Position numbers and translations under genes: made by a program | Source of the DNA: Limisphaerales bacterium | GTDB taxonomy: Bacteria; Verrucomicrobiota; Verrucomicrobiia; Limisphaerales; JAJOIW01 | DNA: 64,000 nucleotides | Assembly (NCBI GenBank): GCA_965657355.1 | Contig: CBFHOE010000007.1 | Coordinates: 160,001-224,000 of the forward strand | Reading direction: 5' to 3' | Shown: piece by piece, positions 39,628-48,942 of the stretch | Numbering within the stretch: position 1 is the stretch's first letter | Layout of the letters: every line of letters starts with the position of its first letter | The notes under the pieces: model-generated | Told to the model about the DNA's origin: nothing | The model's input: the letters and a program-made list of their open reading frames with translations, nothing else | The model's database searches: none

Positions 39628-40530
39628 TTAGAATCTAATTTTTCCTGGAAGATATTCATCAATCAAATCTTCGTAGTATGGTCGCAATTCTTTGAGATTT
39701 GGAGGATTATGGCTTTTTGTATAAAGATCGTAGGGATTGAATTTTCTCACCCACTCTAGCATCTCTCTATCCTTTTCATTTGTAAGATGTGTATAGGCAT
39801 TTTCTTTATGCCATGGATAGAAGGAATGGTACCGGATCATATAAAGCGCCGGATCTGGTAGTTTAGAGTCTTTTACCACGTGGTATAAATACTCATCATG
39901 GCCCCACGACATGGTGACATTATCAAGGCCACAGCCTTTTTCGTAGATTCCGTAATCGCTCTGGTAGTCTTTGATATTGATGTCAGGGTTATGATCAAAA
40001 AACTGATGAAAGACAATAGATTCTGAAAACCGGCAACCGAGCGGATAGGTATCCCCGACGACGGCCCATTGTGGTTCGTCAAATAGGCACAGTATTTTCC
40101 CCAAGTCGTGGATCAATCCGGTGAGGACGAACCAGCGTGGATGACCATCAGCACGAATTTCCTCAGACGTTTGTAGAAGGTGGTCCAGTTGAGACAAGTC
40201 TGTGTCTGGGTCACTGTCATCAATCAATGTGTTCAAGAAATCCAAGGCTTCCCAGATTGTCATTTCCCGACGATTACGCTTTGTAAATTCCTCTCTTTTA
40301 TCTCGAGAAAAAGCTAAAGTTTGGTAGGTATGATTGAGTTTATAAAACTCTTTTACCGTCGAACGAGCCTCTTTGTCGTAATCCCTGAATTCCTCCGATT
40401 TTTTGTTAGGGTCGGTTGCCTTGAAATTTTCTTGTGATTCATCCGGGTACCGCTCTTTTAAGTGATCTTCCCATTCATCAAGCGATTCAAGGGGGGCAGA
40501 ATTGGGCTTGTTTGAGTTGTGCTCGACCAT
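39628..40530 (-). CDS. Inositol oxygenase (MIOX family, di-iron HD-domain)
   Basis: [65 protein letters not shown]; likely start ATG 40530. Confidence 0.93.
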   Translation of the reverse strand: MVEHNSNKPNSAPLESLDEWEDHLKERYPDESQENFKATDPNKKSEEFRDYDKEARSTVKEFYKLNHTYQTLAFSRDKREEFTKRNRREMTIWEALDFLNTLIDDSDPDTDLSQLDHLLQTSEEIRADGHPRWFVLTGLIHDLGKILCLFDEPQWAVVGDTYPLGCRFSESIVFHQFFDHNPDINIKDYQSDYGIYEKGCGLDNVTMSWGHDEYLYHVVKDSKLPDPALYMIRYHSFYPWHKENAYTHLTNEKDREMLEWVRKFNPYDLYTKSHNPPNLKELRPYYEDLIDEYLPGKIRF

Positions 40531-40618
40531 GAGAAAATTTCTCCAGAAATTATCTCTGGAGCAAGAAAATTCCACCTCTTTTTTACCTCTTTAATTTATG
40601 ATATGATACCACCAACAA

Positions 40619-41785
40619 ATGGGAAACATGGAGGAATTGAATTTACCAGATAAGATTATGGCTGAAGATCCCCCAGTCAGGCCGACACGGTTAGAAATTT
40701 CCCTGCCGCAAGTAGCACAAAACCTTCACGCCATTAGGCAGCGCGTCGGTCAAATAAAAGTAATGGGCGTGGTAAAAGCCAATGCGTATGGGCACGGCAT
40801 TGTGGAGGTAGCTAAATATCTGGAAAAAAAATCTATCGACTACCTGGGAGTTGCGATTTTGGAGGAAGGCATTGCGCTGAGAAAATCGGGTATTTGCAGC
40901 CCAATTCTTGTGTTTGGTAGCCCGATTGCCGAACAAATCCCATATTTTCTAAAGTATAACCTCACTATCACTGCCCCGTCAGTCGAAAAACTGAACCTCA
41001 TTAATCAAGCTGCAGAACAGCTCAATACAAAGGCTAAAGTCCACCTTAAAATAGATACAGGAATGGAGAGAATTGGGACTCATTGGTATTCTTCAGAGCA
41101 ATTTTTAGAAGCTAGTGTGGGTTTTCCGTCCCTAGAGGTGACAGGTATCTATTCCCACTTCGCGAACGCAGATGTCAAAAGTGATTCTCTTAATGTTTTG
41201 CAAATCGAAAGATTTCTTGAAGCCCTTTCTTTTTATCCCAAGAAAGGGCTGCCGATGCCAATGCGACACATTGCGAATTCTGGGGCTATTTTACACTTTG
41301 AGGAAAGCTTCCTGGATATGGTTCGGCCTGGTATGCTTCTTTATGGACAGTATCCCAGCAATGAGTGTGAACAATCCATTTTGGTATCACCAGCTATGTC
41401 ATGGAAAACATCGGTGAACTATTTTAAGGTTGTCGCCGCAGAATCGCCTGTCAGCTATGGAGCAACATGGCAAAGCGACAAGCCGATAAGAATGGTAACG
41501 ATACCTGTGGGTTACGGGGATGGATTTCCTTTGTCATTTTCAAACAAAGCCGAAGTAATCATACGAGGACACAAATTTCAAGTCGCAGGAAAAGTGTGTA
41601 TGGACCAAACAATGATCAACATTAAGGATGGTTCAGCATACAATGGAGATGAGGTCGTTCTCCTAGGGGATCAAAATGGGGAATCCATTTCTGTTTCAGA
41701 TTTGGCGAATTGGGGAAACACAACACCTTATGAAATACTAGCCACTATGAACCAACGCTTACCAAGAGTATACATCAATAACTAA
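40619..41785 (+). CDS. alr: Alanine racemase
   Basis: VVKANAYGHG (PLP Lys), HLKIDTGMERIG, SHFA, HIANS, VRPG, VSYG, GYGDG, VCMDQ. Confidence 0.95.
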   Translation: MGNMEELNLPDKIMAEDPPVRPTRLEISLPQVAQNLHAIRQRVGQIKVMGVVKANAYGHGIVEVAKYLEKKSIDYLGVAILEEGIALRKSGICSPILVFGSPIAEQIPYFLKYNLTITAPSVEKLNLINQAAEQLNTKAKVHLKIDTGMERIGTHWYSSEQFLEASVGFPSLEVTGIYSHFANADVKSDSLNVLQIERFLEALSFYPKKGLPMPMRHIANSGAILHFEESFLDMVRPGMLLYGQYPSNECEQSILVSPAMSWKTSVNYFKVVAAESPVSYGATWQSDKPIRMVTIPVGYGDGFPLSFSNKAEVIIRGHKFQVAGKVCMDQTMINIKDGSAYNGDEVVLLGDQNGESISVSDLANWGNTTPYEILATMNQRLPRVYINN

Positions 41786-42756
41786 GAGAGCTTTCTTACA
41801 TCGATCAAAGATAAATATTTTTCCAATGTCGCTTTTTGGATAACTCCCGAAACCTTGGTCTGAGTGTTGGCCATTCCACTGGCAGCTCCCAGTTTCAATG
41901 TTTCTTCAATGCTCTCTCCTGAAAGTATTCCAAAAACTAGACCAGCCATTGTGGCATCGCCACTCCCAATTGGATTTACAACTGAAAGAGATGGATGCTG
42001 AACAAGCCAAGCAATGTTTTTACAACAACATATCATCCCCCTCTCTCCAAGCGTCATCATGGATACAGATACCCCTTTCTCGATAGTTTTCTTTAATGTG
42101 GATACACAATCTGAAATCGAACTAAATCCTTTTCCCAAAGTCATCTCCCATTCAGTTTGATTAGCTTTGACCAAAAAAGCTCCAGATTGAATAGCGCTTT
42201 TTAGAAATTGCTTTTGGCAATCTACAAAGGCGTAACCACCACTATCCTGACAGGATTGGATCCAACGAGAATAAATGTCTTCGGAAGATCCAGGTGGTGG
42301 GCTGCCAGAGAGAACGAGCGAACTTTTCTCATGAAATCGAAGTCTAAGGCTTGCCTCTATTTCTTCAATGACTCTTTTGTCCAATTTCTTTGACTCCTCT
42401 ACAAGCTCAGTGACCTGGCCTGAAGAAGTATCTATCAAAGTTTGGCATATTCTAGTTTCGAACGGTACGTTTACTTTACTTATCTCTGAATTAAAACTTT
42501 TCTCCAAATATGATAGGAATTTAGCTCCGTTGCTTCCACCAAAAGTTGTGATCAGATGAGCTGGGCAACCTAATTGTTGGAGGATATGAAAAACATTAGT
42601 ACCTTTACCACTCGCCGACTCGAAGATTTCACCGGTTCGATTTACTTCTCCTATTTCCAACTTTGGCAATACCAAAGTGCGCTGTAGACAAGGAGTCACT
42701 CCAACAACAGTGACCGATTCTGATTGTTTGGTCTTCTTGTTTGATTCAAAAAGCAT
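41782..42756 (-). CDS. 1-phosphofructokinase/LacC-like hexose kinase (PfkB family)
   Basis: ASGKGTNV, ETRIC, LSGSPP, VKANQTE, TLGERG, NPIGSGDA. Confidence 0.88.
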   Translation of the reverse strand: MLFESNKKTKQSESVTVVGVTPCLQRTLVLPKLEIGEVNRTGEIFESASGKGTNVFHILQQLGCPAHLITTFGGSNGAKFLSYLEKSFNSEISKVNVPFETRICQTLIDTSSGQVTELVEESKKLDKRVIEEIEASLRLRFHEKSSLVLSGSPPPGSSEDIYSRWIQSCQDSGGYAFVDCQKQFLKSAIQSGAFLVKANQTEWEMTLGKGFSSISDCVSTLKKTIEKGVSVSMMTLGERGMICCCKNIAWLVQHPSLSVVNPIGSGDATMAGLVFGILSGESIEETLKLGAASGMANTQTKVSGVIQKATLEKYLSLIDVRKLS

Positions 42757-42757
42757 A

Positions 42758-43567
42758 CTAAATCCATCCTCTTAACTTATACACAACGGTGCCTACGATC
42801 TCATGAACGGCATCATTAAGATAATTAAGTTGAGTTATATATGGAATAACCGTGGGATACTTACTTCCGGTTGGAGAGCTTTTGTAAACTCTAAAATCAC
42901 AGGCAATGGGCTCAACGTCGATTCCCATTTTCCTGAGCAGTCTCAGACTCCTATCCATATGAGATGCAGAGGTGACCAAATACCAACGACTATCTTCAAA
43001 TTTTTTTTGATTTGAAATTTCGATAACGGCATCCGCTTCGTCTTTCGTGCTCTGGCACGGCGGCATTAATAGAATTTTTTCATTGTCCAGGTCGAGGTGA
43101 TCCATCCAACTTTGCCACGATTTCCTGAATTGGTCATAATGAGGGAAAAGGTTTGGAGAGTAATCACTCGTGACTAAGTATTCTGCCTTTCCTTTTTGGA
43201 GAGCAAGAATACCCGTCATCAACCGATCTGAGGCATGACCAAAATCGAGACCGGTTAGGCTTTGTGCAGATGGTTTCGCCCCACCTCCTAAGACTATAAT
43301 TCCGGTTCTAGGCTGGAGTTGCTCCACGTATTCTGCCCCAGCTTTATCACCCCATTTTTTCTCCAAAGATTTTAATATCGCATCGCTAAATGGCCCAAAA
43401 CCAGAGAGCCAAACAAAAAAGGTGACCAATGAAGAATATAATATGTGCCATTTATCTTTTCTTTTGATAGCGAAAAATAAATGCCCAAGCGATAAAAGCC
43501 AAATAAAGCCAAGCGGATGTCCGAGTAGCGAAAGACTATTTTGCACAGCAGTCAAAAAATTACTCAT
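42758..43567 (-). CDS. YdcF/ElyC (DUF218) family membrane protein
   Basis: N-terminal TM helices; IIVLGGG, DRL, STKDEA, LVTSASHMDRS, HEIVG; likely start ATG 43567. Confidence 0.85.
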   Translation of the reverse strand: MSNFLTAVQNSLSLLGHPLGFIWLLSLGHLFFAIKRKDKWHILYSSLVTFFVWLSGFGPFSDAILKSLEKKWGDKAGAEYVEQLQPRTGIIVLGGGAKPSAQSLTGLDFGHASDRLMTGILALQKGKAEYLVTSDYSPNLFPHYDQFRKSWQSWMDHLDLDNEKILLMPPCQSTKDEADAVIEISNQKKFEDSRWYLVTSASHMDRSLRLLRKMGIDVEPIACDFRVYKSSPTGSKYPTVIPYITQLNYLNDAVHEIVGTVVYKLRGWI

Positions 43568-44188
43568 ATAAAATACATTTATCATCAAGAAATAATTAAT
43601 GACATGAGTTTCTCAGCAATTGAGTGACTTAAAATTGACGAATTGGTTGTGAAACAAAGAACACCAATAACAAAACAATAAATACCTAAGAACAGTGAAA
43701 AAAGATGTTGGATTTTTCCAATTTAATACACTCTCGCAGACGTCAAAAATTACCTAAAAAAGAAATCTTTTTTAACAAGTGCAAAGGAATCTGGAATAAA
43801 GTAAATCAAATAAGGTGGCTACTATACCTATTAAAATCTCAGCAAATTATACAAAGCTCGCCTTGTCTCAGAGCCCACTTTAAAAACGGTTTTGGCATCT
43901 CGGTTTAGATGAATTACGGCAGGTAAAAATGATGATTATCAAAAATCAAACTCCCCTACGGCATCTGTAAAACTCAAAGATGAATCGCTAAACCTTTGGA
44001 CTAGAGAGAAGCTGGTTACTTCAAATGCCAATGAAGAATTTTCAAAGCATATAGAGTCTAAGGTTCAGGTATCGGGACAAAATTTCAGTATTGCTTATGG
44101 AAAAGCCTCGAGGTCATAGATGCTTCAGATCCAAGGTTTTTTACCCCTCTGAAGCCATTAATTTGTTTAAAGAGTTACAAATCTTATG

Positions 44189-45346
44189 TTATTCACGTAT
44201 TTTTACGAATCTTACGCAGACAGGGTTGGGTATATGGATTGGTTCTCCAAAAGCTGTGAGTTTTCCAGACTTTGAATCGACCTTAAAAAGAGTGATCGTG
44301 TTTGAGTTTTGATTTGCCGCAAGAAGCCAATTACCTGTTGGATCTAAATTAAAGTTTCTAGGAGTTTTGCCCCCAGTTTTTATGACTTGAACCCGATTTA
44401 GTTTACCTTTTTTAGATGTCTCGAAAACAGCAATACTGTCATGTCCTCGATTTGAAGAGTATGAGAATTTTCCATTCGGATGAAAGACAACCTCAGCTGT
44501 AGAATTATTTTTTTTATAATCAGTTGGAAGCGTTTTCAGTTTATCTTGGAAAGCTAGCGTGCCCTTTTTTTTATTATATTGGTAACTCGAGAGCTCGGAT
44601 GACATTTCGTTCAAAACGAGAACCTGGTCAGATGTGGGATTGAATGCGAAATGCCTCGGACCAGACCCTGGCCTGACAGGAATTTTTGAGGGGTGGTGGT
44701 CTCCTATTGTGCCATCGACTGGGTTAAACGAATGGACCCATATACAGTCTACTCCGAGGTCGGCACTCATCAAAAATTTCCCACCAGGCGCCAAATGAAT
44801 AGAATGTCCATGTGGACTTTTTTGTCGGGTTCTATGAATACTTCCACCTGTATGTTGAACAAAACCAGTCAGTGAGCCGAGATTTCTTGATCCCTTAATA
44901 GCATAGGCACCAATGCTGCCACCCGTGTAGTTAGCAAAAAAAACATACGTTCCTTTTGGATGCACCTCCAGATGACATGGATGAGCACCGTAAGTTGGCT
45001 TTGCGGCAACAAACTCTAAATCTCCGGTTTTTCGATCCAATTGATACGAAGCAATGCCTCCCGAATTTTCGACACCATCCCAGTTGGAATCTTCTAAGAC
45101 GGCAAAGAGTGAATCTGATGATGGGTGAATTGCTAGAAAAGAAGGATTAGAAGCCTTTGCAGCTAAATTAACATCACTGAAGCTACCCGTATCAGAATTG
45201 AATCTAAAATTATAAATCCCCTCACTCTCCCCTTTTGTGTATGTTCCAACATACACGTGATAATCGTCAGCATTCCCCGCAGAAATAGATGATAATAAGA
45301 TACACATGGATATGAGTAGTAATGGGAAATTAAATATCTTAGTCAT
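44189..45346 (-). CDS. pgl: Lactonase, 7-bladed propeller (6-phosphogluconolactonase YbhE/Pgl family) with signal peptide
   Basis: VYVGTYT, NPSFLA, HPCH, ANYTGGS, PHGH, ADLG, GSGPRH, SNRGHDSI, TPRNF, ANQNS. Confidence 0.85.
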   Translation of the reverse strand: MTKIFNFPLLLISMCILLSSISAGNADDYHVYVGTYTKGESEGIYNFRFNSDTGSFSDVNLAAKASNPSFLAIHPSSDSLFAVLEDSNWDGVENSGGIASYQLDRKTGDLEFVAAKPTYGAHPCHLEVHPKGTYVFFANYTGGSIGAYAIKGSRNLGSLTGFVQHTGGSIHRTRQKSPHGHSIHLAPGGKFLMSADLGVDCIWVHSFNPVDGTIGDHHPSKIPVRPGSGPRHFAFNPTSDQVLVLNEMSSELSSYQYNKKKGTLAFQDKLKTLPTDYKKNNSTAEVVFHPNGKFSYSSNRGHDSIAVFETSKKGKLNRVQVIKTGGKTPRNFNLDPTGNWLLAANQNSNTITLFKVDSKSGKLTAFGEPIHIPNPVCVRFVKIRE

Positions 45347-45444
45347 AGTTGTATTTTAGGGATCTCACTAATTTATGGCCATTAAATAAATAACAACTCA
45401 TTGTTTCACATTAGATGGAATTTTAGATATAGATATCTCTTAAG

Positions 45445-46203
45445 GTGGACATTGATAAAGCACAAGAGCTTCTAAAAAAAGTAAAAGATCAATCTCTGGG
45501 AATCGAACAGGCATTGGACTATTTCCGTCAATCTCCTGTCGAGGATATTGGATTTGCTAACTTAGATACCCACAGAGGGCTCAGGCAAGGATTTCCTGAA
45601 GTTGTCTTTGGATTAGGTAAAACGCCAGAACAAATTACCGGGATTTGTGCAAAATTAGTGGAAAAGGAATCAAAATGGCTCGTAACTAGAATTAACTCAC
45701 AATCGGCGGCAAAGGTCATGCAAGAGATTCCAAAGGCTACCTACCACCCAGATGCTTCGTGCCTCTCCTACGGTATGCCTGATAAGCCACAATACCCTGG
45801 ATTTATAGGGATCATCACGGCTGGAACGAGTGATATCTCTGTTGCCAATGAGGCTTCTTTGACTGCCCAAATGATGGGCCATGAAACGCAAGTCCAACAT
45901 GACCTGGGCGTGGCAGGAATTCATCGAATTCTTTCTCGACAGGACTGGATCCAGAAAGCTCATGTCTTAATTGTAGTCGCTGGTATGGAAGGGGCATTGC
46001 CTAGCGTGGTCGCAGGGCTCACAGATTCACCAGTTATTGCCGTCCCCACATCAGTTGGCTATGGCACAAATTTTAATGGTGTCACTGCGTTATTAGGAAT
46101 GCTAAACAGTTGCGGCTCAGGAGTTATGGTTGTCAACGTGGATAACGGTTTTGGGGCAGGATTTGCAGCCTCACAAATAAACAAATTATCAAAACAATCA
46201 TGA
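45445..46203 (+). CDS. larB: Nickel pincer cofactor biosynthesis protein LarB
   Basis: DTHRGLRQGFPEVVFG.GKT, AGTSD..VA.EA, DLGVAGIHR, AGMEGALPSVV, AVPTSVGYG, MLNSC, VNVDNGFGA. Confidence 0.93.
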   Translation: MDIDKAQELLKKVKDQSLGIEQALDYFRQSPVEDIGFANLDTHRGLRQGFPEVVFGLGKTPEQITGICAKLVEKESKWLVTRINSQSAAKVMQEIPKATYHPDASCLSYGMPDKPQYPGFIGIITAGTSDISVANEASLTAQMMGHETQVQHDLGVAGIHRILSRQDWIQKAHVLIVVAGMEGALPSVVAGLTDSPVIAVPTSVGYGTNFNGVTALLGMLNSCGSGVMVVNVDNGFGAGFAASQINKLSKQS

Positions 46204-47522
46204 AAAATATTCTATTTCTGGATATCTTTAGTGGGATTAGTGGCGACATGTTCATTGGGGCTATGTTAGATCTCGGGGTCGAGTTTTCTTGGCTTGAGTC
46301 TGAACTCTCCAAACTTGAACTAAGCGGCTATTCCCTTTCAGCAGAAAGAAAAGATAAATCAAATATATTTGGATATAAATTTGATGTTCACTTAAGCCCG
46401 CTTCCCAAAAAAGAAAACACCGTATCGAGTGGAGAGAGGTCTGAAAATACAACAGAACAGCATTCTCACAGTCACAGTCACAGTCACAGCCATGGTCACA
46501 GTCACTCCCTTTCTGGGGGGCATTTAGATCATGGCAGAAACTTCTCTGTCATCAGAGACCTCATTGCTAACACCCCGTATTCTGATTGGGTTAAATCTAG
46601 AGCAATATCTATTTTTCAGCGCGTGGCGGATGCTGAGGGCAAGGTGCACGGTATGCCTGCTGACATGGTTCACTTCCATGAGGTTGGAGCTATTGATTCC
46701 ATAGTTGACATTGTTGGAGCTTGTCTTTGCTTGGAGAAATTGGGATACCCGGACGTCTACTGTGGACCGGTTATCGAAGGCCATGGTTGGGTGAATTGCG
46801 CTCACGGCAGGTTCCCGATACCTACGGCTGCAACCTTAGAAATACTCAGTGCTAGAGGTGTAGCCTTGGAACAATGTGAAGAACCTAACGAATTGGTCAC
46901 ACCAACAGGTGCCGCATTGATTTGTGAGTTCGCCAAATCCTTTGACCGTATTAAGGGGATTTCGACTCACCGAATAGGGTATGGCTTGGGAACGAGGGAT
47001 AATGTCACAAGGCCCAATGTCTTGCGTGCCTGTTTTGGGGAAAAATCTGATCACATAGCACAGGAGAAAAAATGGGAGGAAGACGAAATCTATGTTTTAG
47101 AAACAAATATTGATGATAGCACTCCTGAAATGTTGGGAGATTTTTACAATAAGGCCTTAGCTCTTGGAGCTCTCGACGTTTCCATTTCGAACACCACAAT
47201 GAAAAAAAACCGCCCTGGTTTTCAATTACAAATCCTTGTCGATGAGGCCAATAGAGATACTTTGGCAGAAGCAATTTTTGCAAACACAACAGCCATTGGC
47301 ATGAGAGTAACCAAATGCTCACGGTTTATTCTTAAAAGGAGTCACGAGGTCATGGATACACCTTTTGGAGAATTAAAAATAAAAAAGACGTATCTCGGAT
47401 CCAAAGTGTTACAAGTAGCTCCAGAATACGAATCTGCCAGAAAACTGGCCGATGCTAATCAAGTTCCTATTAGGAAGATCTATGCCATTTGTAGTGAGAA
47501 AATGGGAAAAAAAATGGATTAA
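46200..47522 (+). CDS. larC: Nickel pincer cofactor biosynthesis protein LarC (nickel insertase)
   Basis: FSGISGDMFIGA, His-rich loop, AEGKVHG, HFHEVGAIDSIVDI, CAHG..PIP, ELVTPTGA, ETNIDD, MKKNRPG, PEYE; overlaps larB by 4 nt. Confidence 0.94.
   Translation: MKNILFLDIFSGISGDMFIGAMLDLGVEFSWLESELSKLELSGYSLSAERKDKSNIFGYKFDVHLSPLPKKENTVSSGERSENTTEQHSHSHSHSHSHGHSHSLSGGHLDHGRNFSVIRDLIANTPYSDWVKSRAISIFQRVADAEGKVHGMPADMVHFHEVGAIDSIVDIVGACLCLEKLGYPDVYCGPVIEGHGWVNCAHGRFPIPTAATLEILSARGVALEQCEEPNELVTPTGAALICEFAKSFDRIKGISTHRIGYGLGTRDNVTRPNVLRACFGEKSDHIAQEKKWEEDEIYVLETNIDDSTPEMLGDFYNKALALGALDVSISNTTMKKNRPGFQLQILVDEANRDTLAEAIFANTTAIGMRVTKCSRFILKRSHEVMDTPFGELKIKKTYLGSKVLQVAPEYESARKLADANQVPIRKIYAICSEKMGKKMD
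46461..46508 (+). repeat. In-frame hexamer repeat encoding the (His-Ser)n tract of LarC
   Basis: cattct cacagt cacagt cacagt cacagc catggt cacagt cactcc = HSHSHSHSHSHGHSHS. Confidence 0.85.
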
Positions 47523-47526
47523 AAGT

Positions 47527-47868
47527 TCAAGAAAGGACAGCTTTCAGCGCAGCCTCAAGCTTTGTGAGTTCTGTTTCAAGATTATTCAAGCCAGGAGACC
47601 ATTTGTCTTTTTTCAAATTCCTTGCATCTTTTTCTAATGACAAGGCAATTTCAAAGAGATTTTTTGCTGCGAAATTGCCGACAGAACCTTTAAGAGCATG
47701 AGCAGCGTTGGTGAGGTTCTCTCCATCATCATTTGCAATAGCAGTCCTAATTTCATTCACTTGGTTTGGGTAATCACCAAGAAATATTTCGATCATGTCT
47801 TCTAATAGCTCACGATCACCCTCCATGCGCCCCAGGGCAGCATCTAAATCAAATACGTCTTTATCCAC
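47527..47868 (-). CDS. Stand-alone Hpt (histidine phosphotransfer) protein
   Basis: FDLDAALGRMEGDRELL, AAHALKGSVGNF (phospho-His motif), LE helix. Confidence 0.9.
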   Translation of the reverse strand: MDKDVFDLDAALGRMEGDRELLEDMIEIFLGDYPNQVNEIRTAIANDDGENLTNAAHALKGSVGNFAAKNLFEIALSLEKDARNLKKDKWSPGLNNLETELTKLEAALKAVLS

Positions 47869-48067
47869 TATTTTATTCTTTGAATTTTATTTCAATTTAT
47901 TTGGACTTAATACCCATTCTCAAATTTAGAATCCACCTATACCGTCTTCGTAAGTTATATGGCTTTTTATGAATTTCGCAAGCATCTTAAATTGAATAGA
48001 ATGATTTCTTGTTACCCTTTTTGTTGAAATATTGTATTCACAATTAATTTACCTCAGTATTCGGTTT

Positions 48068-48931
48068 ATGAGTCAAAATAAAATTGGAATAATTGGTGGA
48101 TCCGGACTGTATGAAATGGAAGGCTTTGTGAACACCCATTGGGTTGATGTTGACACTCCATTTGGAAAACCATCAGATTCATTTCTGACCGGGGAGCTAG
48201 CCGGCAGGGAGGTCGTTTTTTTACCTCGACATGGCAGAGGGCATAAAATATTGCCTGGTGAACTTAACCACAGAGCCAATATTTGGGGCATGAAAAGCTT
48301 AGGAGTGAGCTGGATTATTTCAGCATCTGCGGTTGGCTCCCTCAAGGAGGAGTATGCTCCAACTGATATGGTAATGGTAGATCAATTTTTTGATCGAACG
48401 AGACAATCGCCAAACCACACATTCTTTGGTAAAGGAATCGTAGCTCATATTGCATTTGCTTTCCCTATCGCCGAAGAACTTAGAGTCATTCTTTTTGAAA
48501 CGGCAAAAGGACTAGGTGTAACGGCTCATGACGGCGGAACATATGTTAATATGGAAGGACCAGCTTTTAGTACGTTGGCAGAATCTGAAGCCAATAGACA
48601 ATTGGGTTTCGACGTCATCGGAATGACAAACCTGGGCGAAGCAAAGTGCGCACGAGAGGCAGAGATAGCGTATGCAACAATGGCCATGGTCACAGACTAT
48701 GATTGTTGGAAACAAGATGAAGACCCCGTTGAGGTTGAAATGGTCGTCGCCAACCTCAAAAGGAATGCGACTAATGCACAGTCGATAATCAAATTGGCTA
48801 TCGAAAAAATCCCCAATGAACCCGATTGGGAGAGTCACAATGCTTTAAAGAATGCAGTAATGACACCTAAAGATCTTTGGCCTGAGAATACCATAAAAAA
48901 ACTGAACCCTATTATATCAAAATATCTTTAA
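48068..48931 (+). CDS. mtnP: S-methyl-5'-thioadenosine phosphorylase
   Basis: [68 protein letters not shown]; likely start ATG 48068. Confidence 0.93.
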   Translation: MSQNKIGIIGGSGLYEMEGFVNTHWVDVDTPFGKPSDSFLTGELAGREVVFLPRHGRGHKILPGELNHRANIWGMKSLGVSWIISASAVGSLKEEYAPTDMVMVDQFFDRTRQSPNHTFFGKGIVAHIAFAFPIAEELRVILFETAKGLGVTAHDGGTYVNMEGPAFSTLAESEANRQLGFDVIGMTNLGEAKCAREAEIAYATMAMVTDYDCWKQDEDPVEVEMVVANLKRNATNAQSIIKLAIEKIPNEPDWESHNALKNAVMTPKDLWPENTIKKLNPIISKYL

Positions 48932-48942
48932 AACGTATTATT

